A DNA stretch of 64,000 nt, taken from Octopus vulgaris. Lineage: Eukaryota. The DNA is taken from NCBI GenBank assembly GCA_951406725.2, contig OX597833.1, positions 39,060,001 to 39,124,000 on the forward strand. Direction: 5' to 3'. Of the stretch, positions 39,837 through 52,699 are shown piece after piece (positions within the stretch are counted from its first letter, which is position 1; every line of letters starts with the position of its first letter). Made by a program: the position numbers and the translations under genes. Under the pieces are notes generated by a model, which was not told where the DNA came from, did no database searches, and was given only the letters and a program-made list of their open reading frames with translations.

Positions 39837-39859
39837 CCCCCTGCCCATTTTAAAGTACC

Positions 39860-42295
39860 CTGGATCCCGGATAGTCTCGCTGTGCTTGAGGAGACCTGTT
39901 GAGTCAAGTACATGAACATGAACATGAACATCGAAATAAATATAAATATCAATGGAAATAGTAGTTGTGATACCTGTGCCGGTGACACATAATAAGCTCC
40001 ATCCGAACGTGGACGATGCCAGCGCCGCTCCGAGTGGCTTCTGTGCCGGTGGCACATAAAAAGCACCATCCGAATGTGGCCGATGCCAGCGCCGCCCCGA
40101 CTGGCTCCTGTGCCGGTGGCACATAAAAAGCTCCATCCGAACGTGGCCGATGCCAGCCAGCGCTGCCCCGACTGGCTTCTGTACGGTGGCACATAAAAAG
40201 CACCATCTGAACGTGGCCGTTGCCAGCGCCGCCCCGACTGATCGAACCAAATATCAATGGAAACAGTAGTTGTGATACCTGTGCAGGTGACACATAAAAA
40301 GCACCATCCGAACGGCCGTTGCCAGTGCAGCCTCCACTGGCTTCTGTGCCGGTGGCACATAAAAAGCACCATCCGAACGTGACCGATGCCAACCCCGCCT
40401 CGAATGGCTTCTGTGCTGGTGGCACATAAAAAGCACCATCCGATCGTGACCGATGCCAACTCCGCCTCGAATGGCTTCTGTGCCGGTGGCACATGAACAT
40501 CGAACCAAATATCAATGGAAACAGTAGTTGTGATACCTGCGCAGGTGACACATAAAAAGCACCATCCGAACGGCCGTTGCCAGTGCAGCCTCCACTGGCT
40601 TCTGTGCCGGTGGCACATAAAAAGCACCATCCGAATGTGACCGATGCCAACCCCGCTTTGAATGGCTTCTGTGCCGGTGGCACATAAAAAGCACCATCCG
40701 AACGTGGCCGATGCGAGCACCGCCCCGACTGGCTTAAAAAGCACCATCCGAGCGTGACCGACGCCAGCACCGCCTTGACTGGCTTCTAAGCCGGTAGCAC
40801 ATAAAAAGCACCAACCGATCATGGGATCCCGGAACATCTCGCTGTGCTTGAGGAGACCTGTTGAGTCAAGTGCATGTGCATTGAACTTCGTACCAAATAT
40901 CAATGGAAACAGTAGTTGTGATACCTGTGCCGGGGACACATAAAAAGCACCATCCGAACTTGGCCATTGCTAGTGCAGCCTCCACTGGCTTCTGTACCGG
41001 TGGCACATAGAAAGCACCATCCGAACGGCTTCTGTGCCGGTGGCACATAAAAAGCACCATCCGAACGTGGCCAATGCCAGCACCGCCAAGACTGGCTTCT
41101 GTGCCGGTGGCACATAAAAAGCACCATCTAAACGTGACCGATGCCAACCCCGCCTCGAATGGCTTCTGTGCCGGTGGCACATGAACATCGAACCAAATAT
41201 CAATGGAAACAGTAGTTGTGATACCTGTGCAGGTGACACATAAAAAGCACCATCTGAACGGCCGTTGCCAGTGCAGCCTCCACTGGCTTCTGTGCCGGTG
41301 GTACATAAAAAGCACCATCCGAATGTGACCGATGCCAACCCCGCTTCGAATGGCGTCTGTGCCGGTGGCACATAAAAAGCACCATCCGAACGTGGCCGAT
41401 GCCAGCACCGCCCCGACTGGCTTAAAAAGCACCATCCGAGCGTGACCGACTGACTGGCTTCTGGGCCGGTGGCACATAAAAAGCACCAACCGATCGTGGG
41501 ATCCTGGAACACTCGCTGTGCTTGAGGAGACCTGTTGAGTCAAGTGCATGTGCCTTGAACTTCGTACCAAATATCAATGGAAACAGTAGTTGTGATACCT
41601 GTGCCGGGGACACATAAAAAGCACCATCCGAACTTGGCCATTGCTAGTGTACCGGTGGCACATAGAAAGCACCATCCGACGGCTTCTGTACCGGTGGCAC
41701 ATAAAAAGCACCATCCGAACGTGCCGATGCCAGGCGACTGCCGGTGGCACACATAAAAAGCACTATCCGAACGTGGCCGACGCCAGCACCGCCTCGACTG
41801 GCTTCTGTGCCGGTGGCACATAAAAAGCACCAACCGATCGTGGGATCCCAGAACATCTCGCTGTGCTTGAGGAGACCTGTTGAGTCAAGTGCATGTACAT
41901 GTTGAACATCGAACCAAATATCAATGGAAACAGTAGCTGTGATACCTGTGCCGGGGACACATAAAAAGCACCATCCGAACGTGACTGTTGCCAGTGCAGC
42001 CTCCACTGGCTTCTGTGCCGGTGGCACATAAAAAGCACCATCCGAACGTGACCATTGCCAGTGCAGCCTCCACTGGCTTCTGTGCCCATGAACATGAACA
42101 TCGAACCAAATATCAATGGAAACAGTAGCTGTGATACCTGTGCCGGTGACACATATAAAGCACCATCCGAATGTGGCTGATGCCAGCACCGCCCCGACTG
42201 GCTTCTGTGCCGGTGGCACATAAAAAGCACCATCCGAATGTGGCCGATGCCAGATCCCTCTGGCACCTGTGCAGGTGGCACGTAAAAAGCACCCA
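39860..42295 (+). repeat. Complex tandem array of 67-bp units with higher-order duplications in the RTE 3' UTR
   Basis: About 31 cores (A)TAAAAAGCACC; unit starts at 39974, 40041, 40108; linker AAATATCAATGGAAACAGTAGTTGTGATACC x8; CTCGCTGTGCTTGAGGAGACCTGTTGAGTCAAGT x4. Confidence 0.95.
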
Positions 42296-42461
42296 CTACA
42301 CTCACGGAGTGGTTGGCGTTAGGAAGGGCATCCAGCTGTAGAAACACTGCCAGATCAGACTGGAGCCTGGGGCAGCCCCTGGCTCCCCAGACCCCGGTCG
42401 AACCGTCCAACCCGTGCTAGCGCGGAAAACGGACGTTAAATGATGATGATGATGATGATGA

Positions 42462-42548
<87 letters not shown>

Positions 42549-42607
42549 ATATATAATTATATATACATTTATATATATATATGTATATATATATATATGT
42601 ATAAATA

Positions 42608-42653
<46 letters not shown>

Positions 42654-43531
42654 ATTATATATTATATATTATATAACTCTGATGAAGGTTTTGCCAGAAA
42701 TGTTACACTTTCCTTTTTCTTCATATTCAACCAATTCTTTCCATTTTTGAACTGCTTCTATTAACATTTACCAAAAGTCTTGAATACACATTTTGAAAGA
42801 AAAAAAGAAACAGAGAGGAAGAGAGAAAAGAAAAATAAAGCAAAGTAAACAGAAAGCAAAGGTGGCAAATGGTAAATTTGGTAGAATGCTGTAGAAAAAA
42901 AGTGCTTTGTAGCATTTAGTTATATTACTTTATCTTTCTTTGTACTCCAACCACAGAGTCTGTATTAGATAAGTACCAGTATTATACACTCCCCATTGGC
43001 CTGGTGTCAATAGAGGAAATCTATAGACATTCTTAGTGCAAAAGAAATTTAACCGTTTGTTCTTCTCTTTTATCTTCTTTGATTTTGAAATTGTTTTCAC
43101 TCTGTTTTTGTCTCTCTTATACACAGCGTAGCACAATACTGTAAAGATACATTAAACAAATAATAGCAATGTGTGTATGTGAGAATTTTATTAGACTACA
43201 TGCAAGAGTACATGTTAGCAATATATATGAGTTTAACCCAAGGTGCTAGGTGTGAGTCAGTGACGAGTATTGATATAAATGCAAAGTCACTGTGATCTGG
43301 CTATGCCTAGGTGCCGAGGGAGCTTGCCTCCCTTATCAGTCATTAACACAAGGTGCTTCATGTGGCTCTGAGTTATTTTAACTCTTATTTCTAGCAATAC
43401 TGGTGATGTCTAATGCCCTCAGTCACTTAGTAACATATATTTCTGTCTTTTGGTTGTAAAATTGCAAACAAGCCACCCTTATTATTTACACACACACACA
43501 CATTCAGAGTATGCTAAGTGAGTATTAACAA

Positions 43532-43700
43532 GGCGCAGGTGTGACTGTGTGGTAAAAAGCTTGCTTCCCAACCACATGGTTCCGGGGGTTCAGTCCCACT
43601 GTGTGGCACCTTGGGCTGGTGTCTTCTATTATAGCTTTGGGCCAACCAAAGCCTTGTGAATGAATTTGGTAGATGGGAACAGAAAGAAGCCCATTGGAGA
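43532..43700 (+). mobile_element. SINE family B 5' half
   Basis: tRNA head plus CORE-like block; a 3' module lies at 44390-44595. Confidence 0.8.
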
Positions 43701-43706
43701 TATGTA

Positions 43707-43912
43707 TGAGAGGGTGCTGAAAAGTTCCTGGCTTTAAGGGTATTCCAAAAGTTGGAGGTCCAAACTTCCAAATTCTTTTACCGGTCTTTAACCGAAGAAC
43801 CACTGCAATAAGCATGAGAATCTGAAAGGGGAATATGTTGAATAAAATCACAAGTAACTGATCCTCCTGTATTATCTTTTACCTAAAGCCAGGGACTTAT
43901 CAACACTCTTTG
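43707..43912 (+). mobile_element. Mariner-derived MITE
   Basis: TIR GAGAGGGTGCTGAAAAGTTCCTGGCTTTA / TAAAGCCAGGGACTTATCAACACTCTT; internal GGGGAATATGTTGAATAA (GEYVE*, mariner transposase end). Confidence 0.72.
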
Positions 43913-44664
43913 TGTGTGTGTGCATGTGTGTGTGTGTGTGTGTGTGTGTGTGGTGTATATATATTTATATATACAGCAAAATTAAGGAACGGCCATAATA
44001 GGCCGTTCAACCCACTAGAAATAGCAGCCAAGGCTTCAACCGCAAAAAAGTATTAATTCCGTAAACCAGGAGAAAATTTAAAAAAACATTTACCCTGTTA
44101 TACTTTATACAATGCATCGTTTCATCTATTTTTTAATGGTAAATCAGCCTGATTAAATTAAATCAAGCTAATCTTCCATAAGCCAACAGATTCATCAGTA
44201 AAGTAGGCCAGACGGGAGAGATATTTTCACGAGGCAGCACCACTACTGCCTCGACTATATCTAACCTAAAAATTTTCAAATCATCGTACTTTTTCCCACT
44301 AGACCGCTGGTGGCAAATTATTTCTGAATTTTTTGCTACCCTATATTGATTAATTATATATTTATATATATATGTATAAATAAATCTATGTGTGTGTCTG
44401 TGTTTATCCCACCACCATTGTTGGTGTGTTTAGATCCTAATAACCTGGCGGTTAGGCAAAAGAGACAGATAAAATAAATACCAGGCTTTAAAAGAGATAA
44501 GTAATGGGGGTGCTACATTTGACTAAAATTTCTTCAAGGCACTGCCCCAGCATGGGCTGCAGTCTAATGACTGAAACGAGTAAAAGACAAAAGACACTAA
44601 TTTAACAAATGCTATTGCGAATCATAGAAATTCCATAGTGTAATTCAGCAAATTTGAGAAAATG

Positions 44665-45350
44665 GTAATATTTTCTTTTCTACTCTAGGTACAAGGTCTG
44701 AAATTTTTGGGGAGAAGGCCAGTCAATTAGATTGACCCCAGTACGCAACTGGTACTTAATCTATCGGTCCTGAAAGGATGAAAGGTAACGTTGACCTCAG
44801 CATAATTTGAACTCAGAACATAAAGACAGACGAAATACTGCTAAGCATTTTGTCTGGCATGCTAATGTTTCTTATTTCTTTATTGCCCACAAGTGGCTAA
44901 ACACAGAGGGGACAGACAAGGACAGACAAAGGGATTAAGTCGATTAGATCGACTCCAGTGCATAACTGGTACTTAATTTATTGACCCCGAAAGGATGAAA
45001 GGCAAAGTCGACCTTGGCAGAATTTGAACTCAGAACGTAGCGGCAGACGAAATACCGCTAAGCATTTCGCCTGGTGTGCTAATGTTTCTGTCTGCTAGCC
45101 ACCTTAGACAGATGAAATACCTATTTCTTTACTACCTACAAGGGGCTAAACACAGAGAGGACAAACAAGGACAGGCAAACGGATTAAGTCGATTATATCG
45201 ACCCCAGTGCGTAACTGGTACTTATTCAATGGACCCCGAAAGGATGAAAGGCAAAGTTGACCTCAGTGAAATTTGAACTCAGAACATAAAGACAGATGAA
45301 ATACCGCTAAGCATTTCTTCTGGCATGCTAACATTCCTTCCAGCTCGTTG
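44665..45350 (-). mobile_element. Cluster of three SINE family A units
   Basis: Three GAAAGGATGAAAGG...TTTGAACTCAGAAC blocks. Confidence 0.88.
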
Positions 45351-45566
45351 CATTGAAGATGTTAATATATTAAACATAAGCAAAGCATTTCAAAAAGTTC
45401 TTTTGAACTTCTGCCATCTAATCAATGCTGCACTTTTAAATATAATGGAATTGAAGTTAGAATGTATTGCTTATTTACCTTCTTTTAATGTATTTGACAG
45501 ATATAGTGTGCTTTATAGTTTAAGGAAATAGAAGATGAATTGAAAAGATAAAACTTATTCACATGT

Positions 45567-45971
45567 AGGTGCAGACATGGCTGTGTGGTAAGGAGTTGTT
45601 TGCTTCTCAACCACATGGTTCCAGGTTCAGTCCCACTGTATCATACTTTGGTCAATTGTCTTCTACTATAGCCTTGGGATGACCAAAGCTTTGTGAGTGG
45701 ATTTGGTAGAGTGGACTGAGGAAAAACCATTTTATATATATATAATCTTTTTACTCTCTTTTACTGTTTTACTTGTTTCAGTCATTTGACTGTGGCCATG
45801 CTGGAGCACTGCCTTTTTAGTCGAGCAAATCGCCCCCACGACTTATTCTTTGTAAGCCTAGTACTTATTTTATTGGTCTCTTTTGCAAAACCACTAAGTT
45901 ACGGGGACGTAAACACACCAGCATCGGTTGTCAAGCGATGTTGGGGGGACAAACAGACACACAAACATATG

Positions 45972-46013
<42 letters not shown>

Positions 46014-46180
46014 TACGACAGGCTTCTTTCAGTTTCTGTCTACCGAATCCACTCACAAGGCTTTGGTCGGCCCAAGGCTATAGTAGAAGACACTTGCCCA
46101 AGGTGCCACGTTGTGGAACTGAACCCGGAACTATATGGTTCATAAGCAAGCTACTTACCACACAGCCAATCCTATGCCTA
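45567..46180. mobile_element. Inverted pair of SINE family B copies
   Basis: Plus-strand head at 45567-45728; full minus-strand copy at 45745-46180. Confidence 0.85.
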
Positions 46181-46964
46181 TATATGTATATATGTATATA
46201 TAGTGGTGTACGTACAGCCTTGTGCTCACCTTATAGATGGTATGAGTCTAAATCTTGTATGACTCTTACTCTATCTTTTATTCCCCCAGTCATTTTTCTT
46301 CCTTTTTCTTGTTCCCCCTCTCTCACATTTCTTGGCCCTCTCTTTCTTTAACTCCCACTATTTCCCACTCATTTATCTCCCCTGTACCTTTCTCTTTGTC
46401 TCTGATTTTTGTCCAATCCTTCAATCCCGCTGTCCCCTACCCATCTCTCCTCCTTCCATGTGACTGGTGTCCAGCCAGCCATGATCTTTCTTTCTTGGCC
46501 TGACTGCCAACTGTCAACTTCTCTTGTGTCCATCTCCCATGTTCCTGTCTTTAGGCTTTCACTTCATACACGCCAGCTCAATTTGATTTGTTCTCAGTCG
46601 AAAGACACCTGTTGTTATTTCTTGTTATTTGTATTTGTAATTGTGTACCATGTTCTCCGTTCTTTTTGTTTATTTGTTTTTTTTTGTCTTTGTTATCACA
46701 CACATTCGCTAGCTTTCTTGCAAAGGGGTCTAATGCTCTTAGCTTAGACTTTTTTGGTGGCAACCAGATTGAACCATCTCAAGTGTAACTGCCTGAAGTG
46801 GTCGTGACTTCTGTGACTTAACTGATCAAAGAAAGCCAAGAATGACCTGTCCTTTTTTGCCTGTCCTTTTAATTGTTGTTTCTCTTGTTCGACTTTGTAT
46901 CATCTATCTGTCCAAACGTTTTAATGCCCTCTACTGCGTTTTTGTCTCATATATGTATATATAT

Positions 46965-47160
46965 TATAGTTCAAATTTACAGAAAACAAAGGATGGAGCG
47001 AAGTGTAGGAACAACATGCAAGTGTATTAGTTTAATGTTCAAGAAGAATGGAAAAGTCCTTTATGTTTCGAGCCAACATTCTTTGACAGAAAGGATTAAA
47101 AGGAAAAAATGAGATTGAATGAAAAAGGCAGAGAGAGGAAAAATAAGCGTAAGGATTAAC
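46965..47160 (-). mobile_element. Short repeat with a decayed hammerhead motif
   Basis: Minus strand CCTTT-CTGTCAA-A-GAATGTTGGCTC-GAAA-CA-TA-AAGG at 47094-47058. Confidence 0.42.
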
Positions 47161-47649
47161 GGTTCAACATGATGAAATAGCCAGAAGAATGAGGGTGAAA
47201 GGAAGGGAGATAATAACAGTGATTGAGTTGAGCGAATTTGCTCATGCGTATGTGTGTATATGAGAATTGTGTGTGGAGTGTGTATGTATGAATGAGTGTG
47301 TGAGTATGGTTGTGCGAGCGAGCTGAAAAATATATGAACCTGAAAAATATATGTGTGTGCATATGGACGTGTGTTTGTATGCATGCAGTTATCATGTGTG
47401 TGTGTGCAAATGTATTGGCCTGGGTGTGTGTGAAAGTATGTGTCATGTGGAGTGATGTGTATTTTGTGTATTTGTGTGTGTGTGTACATGAGTGCATGTG
47501 TGTGTGTGTGTGCATGTGTGTGTGTGTGTGCATGTGTGTGTGTATGCAAACACTTGTGTTTAGCAGTTGATGTGTGCTTGTGTGGGTGTGGAAGTGTGCA
47601 TGATGGTATGTGTACTGAGTTGAATGGTGCACCCCTATATATCAATATG

Positions 47650-47848
47650 TTACCACATGTGTATCGTTGGCGACTTTCTTTCTCCGTCTTCCCTTCTTTG
47701 GACTTTTTCTATATTTCTGACGAAGAGCTCCGCTCAAACATGAAATCCTCTTTCTTTTCTTTCCTTTCCTGAGCGTCCAATAATACTGTACTTATTCCAC
47801 GTCCTCGCGTTGTTGTTTTTCTTGCTTGTTCATATTTGGATTAACTAT
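47650..47848 (+). mobile_element. Hammerhead-bearing short repeat (same family as 63015-63230)
   Basis: ATTT-CTGACGA-A-GAGC-TCC-GCTC-AAAC at 47713-47740; flanks homologous to 63015-63230 and 26557-26640. Confidence 0.65.
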
Positions 47849-48095
47849 ACATACACACACACACACATATATATATATATATTTATATATATCATCATCC
47901 TCTAACGTCCTCCTTCTATGCTGGCATGAGTTGGATGGTTTGTCAGGTCTGCTTTGGCATATATATATATATATATATATACTTTATTTTAAGACAACAA
48001 AATGGCAGTCAGACTTTTTGCAAAAACTGTCTGATACTTCTGCTGCTTAAAATAAAGCATATTACTCTACCACTGGTATTTGTACTGTTTCTTTA

Positions 48096-48134
<39 letters not shown>

Positions 48135-48182
48135 CAATAAGAGGCTTCCAAATAGGAAAGCATTGTGCTACAACACAAAAAA

Positions 48183-48486
48183 GAATAAATTCACGAAAAG
48201 AATGAAAATTAAAAACGTTTACCATCTCAACTATTTCCCAGACTGACGGTTTCTAACTGTCGCCGGGTATAATCTGCGTCTGCAAAGTGGTTTGAAAAGT
48301 TAGGATTTACAAACCGTTAGGCCTACATGTGGATCTAGCGGTCTGTATGTCTGGATTCTAAAGGCTGTCCCACTGAAGAAACTGGCCTTCAGCAAATACA
48401 TTTTTGCTGGAAATAGTTAGAAACCGTCGGTCTGAGAAATAGTTGAGATGGTAAATGTTTCTAATTTTCATTCTTTTCTTGAATTC
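48183..48486. mobile_element. Element with inverted arms of about 72 bp containing a hammerhead motif
   Basis: Arms 48186-48258 and 48415-48486. Confidence 0.75.
48368..48437 (+). ncRNA. Type I hammerhead ribozyme candidate
   Basis: TCCCA-CTGAAGA-AACT[...CAGCAAA/TTTGCTG...]AGTT-A-GAAA-CCGTCGG-TC-TGAGA. Confidence 0.58.
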
Positions 48487-49338
48487 CCACAATCATTTGA
48501 CAACTGGTGCTGGTGTGTCTATGTCCTTCTAACTTAGGTGCTTGGCAGAAGAAACTGATAAAATAAGTACCAGGGCTTGAAGAAAAAAGTAGTGATGTTG
48601 ATTCATTTTGTTAAAAATTCTTCAGGGTGGTGCCAGTCTAATGACTGAAATAAGTAAAAGGTATATATATATACATAAAAATAAGTACACTTTTATATAT
48701 ATATATGTGTAAAGTTCCCTTTTTGCTGATTAACCACTACCAACACGGCTCAGTTGAAGTTATTTACCAATTGAGATTATTTTTATTTCTTTTCATTTCA
48801 TTTTTGTTCACCAGCTATCTCTCTGTATGTCCCTCTCACCTACATACCTCTCTGTATGTCCCTCTATCTGCATATATACTGATATATCTGTAGGCTCTTC
48901 TACATACCTTTCTATGTATCTCTTTGTTTAATTAACTATCATATCTACTTTCCCTTCTATTGATGTATGTATCTAACTACTTTCATATAGTCAATAAGCA
49001 ATTAAACATAATAACAAAAAATAAATAAATAAATAAAAGAAACCAATAATGGCAGTGTCCCAGCATGCCACAGCCTTTGGTCTGGAAAACATAAAAGGTA
49101 AAAATGTAATATCCACAGCTATTTGCTAACTAAGGTTATTGCACTTTAATTTAACTACCTATTGATATATCTTTTAATGCATAAATTTATAGATCTTCTT
49201 GACATTGTTTCATTATGTTGAACATTTCAATGGTACTAGTGATTTGAAAATAGAAATTCAGAATAATATAGAGCCCCCTCTCTCTTTCTCTCTCTCTCTT
49301 CTCATCTTTTTCTCTTTCTATTGTTTACACTGATTGTA

Positions 49339-50744
49339 TTGGGTCAACCCCAAAATAATGTGTTTACTTTTGTACTTCTTTTATTTTCAAAATTAAGATG
49401 AACAAAGTTCTTTTTTAATCTAAAATATACTCTCCTTCATTTTCTACAATGCTTTTCCATCTATCTGGTAGACTTGCAAGGCCCCTCTTCCAAATTTCAT
49501 TTATCCGTGACGAAAAATACTCCTCCAGTACTGTTCTGACCTCATTCATACTTTTTCCATCCAAATGATTTTGAAGACTGTGAAATAAATGATAATCAGA
49601 TGGGGCAATATCTGGCGAATATAGGTATCGTTTCCCATTCAAACTGCTCCAACCTTTGCAATGTCATTCTCGCTATATGTGACTGAGCATTATCCTGATG
49701 GAAGAACACCTTTCGTCTTGAAACAAAGATGGTAATTTTCCTTCTAGTGCTAATTTAAGCCACTCAAGCTGCTCATAGTAAGTAGATCTCCTTTGTTATC
49801 CTTTGGTTTGGGTTTAAAAGTTCAAAGTGGATTAAACCTTTCATATTCCACCAAACATAACAACACCTTATGTGGGTGAAGTCCTTCTTTAGCCTGGGGT
49901 TCTGGTGTTTCTCCTTTCCCTAACTACTGTCTTTGGCACTTGACATTTTTATAGAGAACCCATTTCTCATCACCAGTCACTATTCGGTCCAAAAAAGGTT
50001 CATTCGTGAGATGTGACAGCAAAGAAGAGCATTCACTTTCTGTGCACAATTAGACTTGGAAAGTTTGTGAGGAACCCATTGACCCAATTTGCTGACTTCT
50101 CTGGTGGCATGCAGGTGTTGAGGAATTGTTGAATGACCAAATCCTAGCCTCTCAGCTAGTTCCTCAATAGTTACGATATGATTTTGTTCCACCAGGTTTT
50201 CCAGGATGTCCTCGTTGATCTCTACAGATCTTTCAGAAAGAGGCTCGTCTTCTAGGCTGTAGTTTCCAGCTTGGAATTTCTGGAACTACCATTGACACTA
50301 GCTTACGCTTATTGTCCGAACCCCATATGCTACAGGGTGATTCAAAAGTCACCATACATAAGAACAATTTATTTTTTTATTAGAAACAGTTCATAAGAAC
50401 AGTTTTTTTTTATTTAACTGATTCTTATAAAAAAATTAATTTTTCCTATGTACGCTGACTTTTGAATCACCCTGTACATCAATATTCCTCACACTTTCCG
50501 TTGTGTTGTTGCCTTTATTGAACTCAAAGCAAAATATGCCAAATATGCTCCTTTGTCACTTCAGTAATAGCTTTGAAAAAATAACTTAAAATCGAACTGC
50601 ACTCATCAAAACTTGCACTAAGAAAAGGACAAGGTGAAATTACTACCTGCTTTTGTAGCAAGTTGCTGCAGGTAGCTTATCCTACCCCCTCCGACTTTTA
50701 GTTCATGCAATTGGAAAAACCGCATTATTTATGGGATGACCCAA
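49339..50744 (-). mobile_element. Mariner (DD34D) transposon, full-length but decayed
   Basis: TIRs TTGGGTCAACCCCAAAATAATG / CATTATTTATGGGATGACCCAA with TA flanks; WVPHKL, FHQDNAQSH and YSPDIAPSDYHLF motifs. Confidence 0.92.
50333..50474. mobile_element. 142-bp Tc1/mariner-type MITE nested in the mariner
   Basis: TIR CAGGGTGATTCAAAAGTCA / TGACTTTTGAATCACCCTG; TA TSD on both sides. Confidence 0.9.
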
Positions 50745-50774
50745 TACTATTTCTGTTTCATTTCTCCCTTATCT

Positions 50775-50846
<72 letters not shown>

Positions 50847-50959
50847 CTCCCTTTGAGCTATTACTTCCCTTGGTGTAAATGTAAGTCATGGACAAAATTG
50901 AACAGACCACAGGAATGCCAAGAATAATATTGTAGATTTTTTTCTTGGATCTTTTAATT

Positions 50960-51345
50960 TTATTTTTTTATCTTTTACCAGTTTCAGTCATTGGAATGGG
51001 ACCATGCTGGGGCACTGTCTTGAAGAATTTAGTTGACATCAGTACTTATTTTTGTTAAAGCCTCGTACTTATTCTATCAGCCTCTTTTACTGAACTGCTA
51101 AGTTACAAGGATGTAAACAAACCAACACTGGTTGTCAAGTGGTGGTAGGAGATAAACATAACACACACACATATTTTGTTTTTCATGTATCAAATCCTAG
51201 TTTTTCCACAGACCAGATCCATTCTAAGGGATTTGGTGAGCCTAAAACTATAGTTGGAAAAACTTGCCCAAGGTGCCATGCAGTGAGACTGAAACCGAGA
51301 TCACATAATAAGGAAGCAAATATCTAAACCACAAAGCTATGCCAG
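50960..51345 (-). mobile_element. SINE family B, old copy
   Basis: Colinear with 9878-10294 at lower identity. Confidence 0.72.
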
Positions 51346-52431
51346 TTTATTTTATTTTGTATCAGAGTTTGTGAACGAGAACATTATTGGCTACAACTAT
51401 CCAACAGATCAAACACTGGTTCAATGTAGGTGAAAGGGACAGAAAGTGAGTATCTGTAACTCAGTGCAGAACAAATATCACCAAGGGTTTTAGTTGACAA
51501 TGTGTGTGTGTGTGTGTGTGTGTGTGCATGTGTATGGCAAGTGTCCACACATGTCAGCTAAATTCCACCCCAAAGTATTAACCAAGATAAAGTTATAGTA
51601 GAATGACCTTGCCGAAGGTTCCACTCAGTAGTGAGTGAATATGGTATCCTATGGCTACTAATCAAACTTCTTATGCATACAATCATGCTTGTGCCATCTT
51701 AGTATTGCTTTTGTTTGTGCATTGAATTCTCCTTGTATGGGATTTGGGGTAGATTTGTCTGTTATTTCTAGCAAATGTCATGACCACACAGAGGTTCCCC
51801 GATTGTCACTGACTCAGACAGCATCAGTTTTCAAGCACAAAAGAAATAACCAAACAACAAAACAACAACAACAAAAAAGATATAAAAAAAGACAAAAAAC
51901 AAAACAAAAACTCAGTTACCACTTGATTCTAAACAATATGTAATTTACTGTGGCTGGTGATGAACAATAGATATTCAATGTGTTTATCAAATAATGATGT
52001 ATGCTATAACAGTAAGTTATTGGCAGAAGGAGAACAGACAACATTAAGGATATCACTCTAGACATCATTAGGAGATTCAGCTCCTACAGAACAAACATTA
52101 CTGATCCATCTTTTATCCTTTATATTTTACTTTCATACTTTAAGAAATGTCTGAACAGAAAGCAGTAAAGTTGATTAATCTTGATTTCTTCGAGAAAACA
52201 ACATAGGAGATAATGGGGTGGGGGTAACAACAATAAAACAACACAGCTAGACTAAGAAAGAGCAGACAAAGGGAAATAAATATTAGGTCTGTAATAGAAG
52301 ATTTTTTTTTTTATCCAATGGAAATCTCTAAATGAAGATTGAGGCAGAAGTAGGAGAATGGTATATGTTGAAATTTGCTATGTTTATGCTATGTAATATT
52401 ACTCTCACACACCTCTGTCTCTCTACATATG

Positions 52432-52453
52432 TACACACAAACACACACATATA

Positions 52454-52491
<38 letters not shown>

Positions 52492-52699
52492 AACACACAC
52501 ACACACACATACAAACACACACACACACAAACACACACACATACAAACACACACAAACACACACACACAAGCACACATACAAACACACACACACAAGCAC
52601 ACATACAAACACACACACACACATACAAACACACACATACACACACACATACAAACATACACACACACATACAAACACACACACACACACACAAACACA
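52432..52699. repeat. Interrupted (CA)n tract
   Basis: Direct reading. Confidence 0.95.

Larger units (their letters stand above)
38395..42465 (+). mobile_element. RTE-clade LINE, 5'-truncated, with expanded 3' UTR and (GAT)n tail
   Basis: NYRGIKLL, QFGFVPGRSTTDAIF, FVDLEKAFDRV, YADD, FRYLG, RWYGHVLRM, RGRGRPRKTW; (TA)n on both flanks. Confidence 0.93.

Noticed and set aside
39860-42295. CRISPR array next to a reverse transcriptase
   Set aside because: The apparent spacers are homologous to each other, there are no cas genes, the context is eukaryotic, and the unit is part of the RTE 3' UTR seen in other copies
39372-42410. Long minus-strand ORFs (up to 441 aa)
   Set aside because: Antisense readings of the GC-rich tandem array; the same peptides recur in all frames
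42674-42716. Hammerhead-like CTGATGA-AGGTTTTGCCA-GAAA
   Set aside because: Stem II only about 2 bp and out of register; no convincing stem I or III
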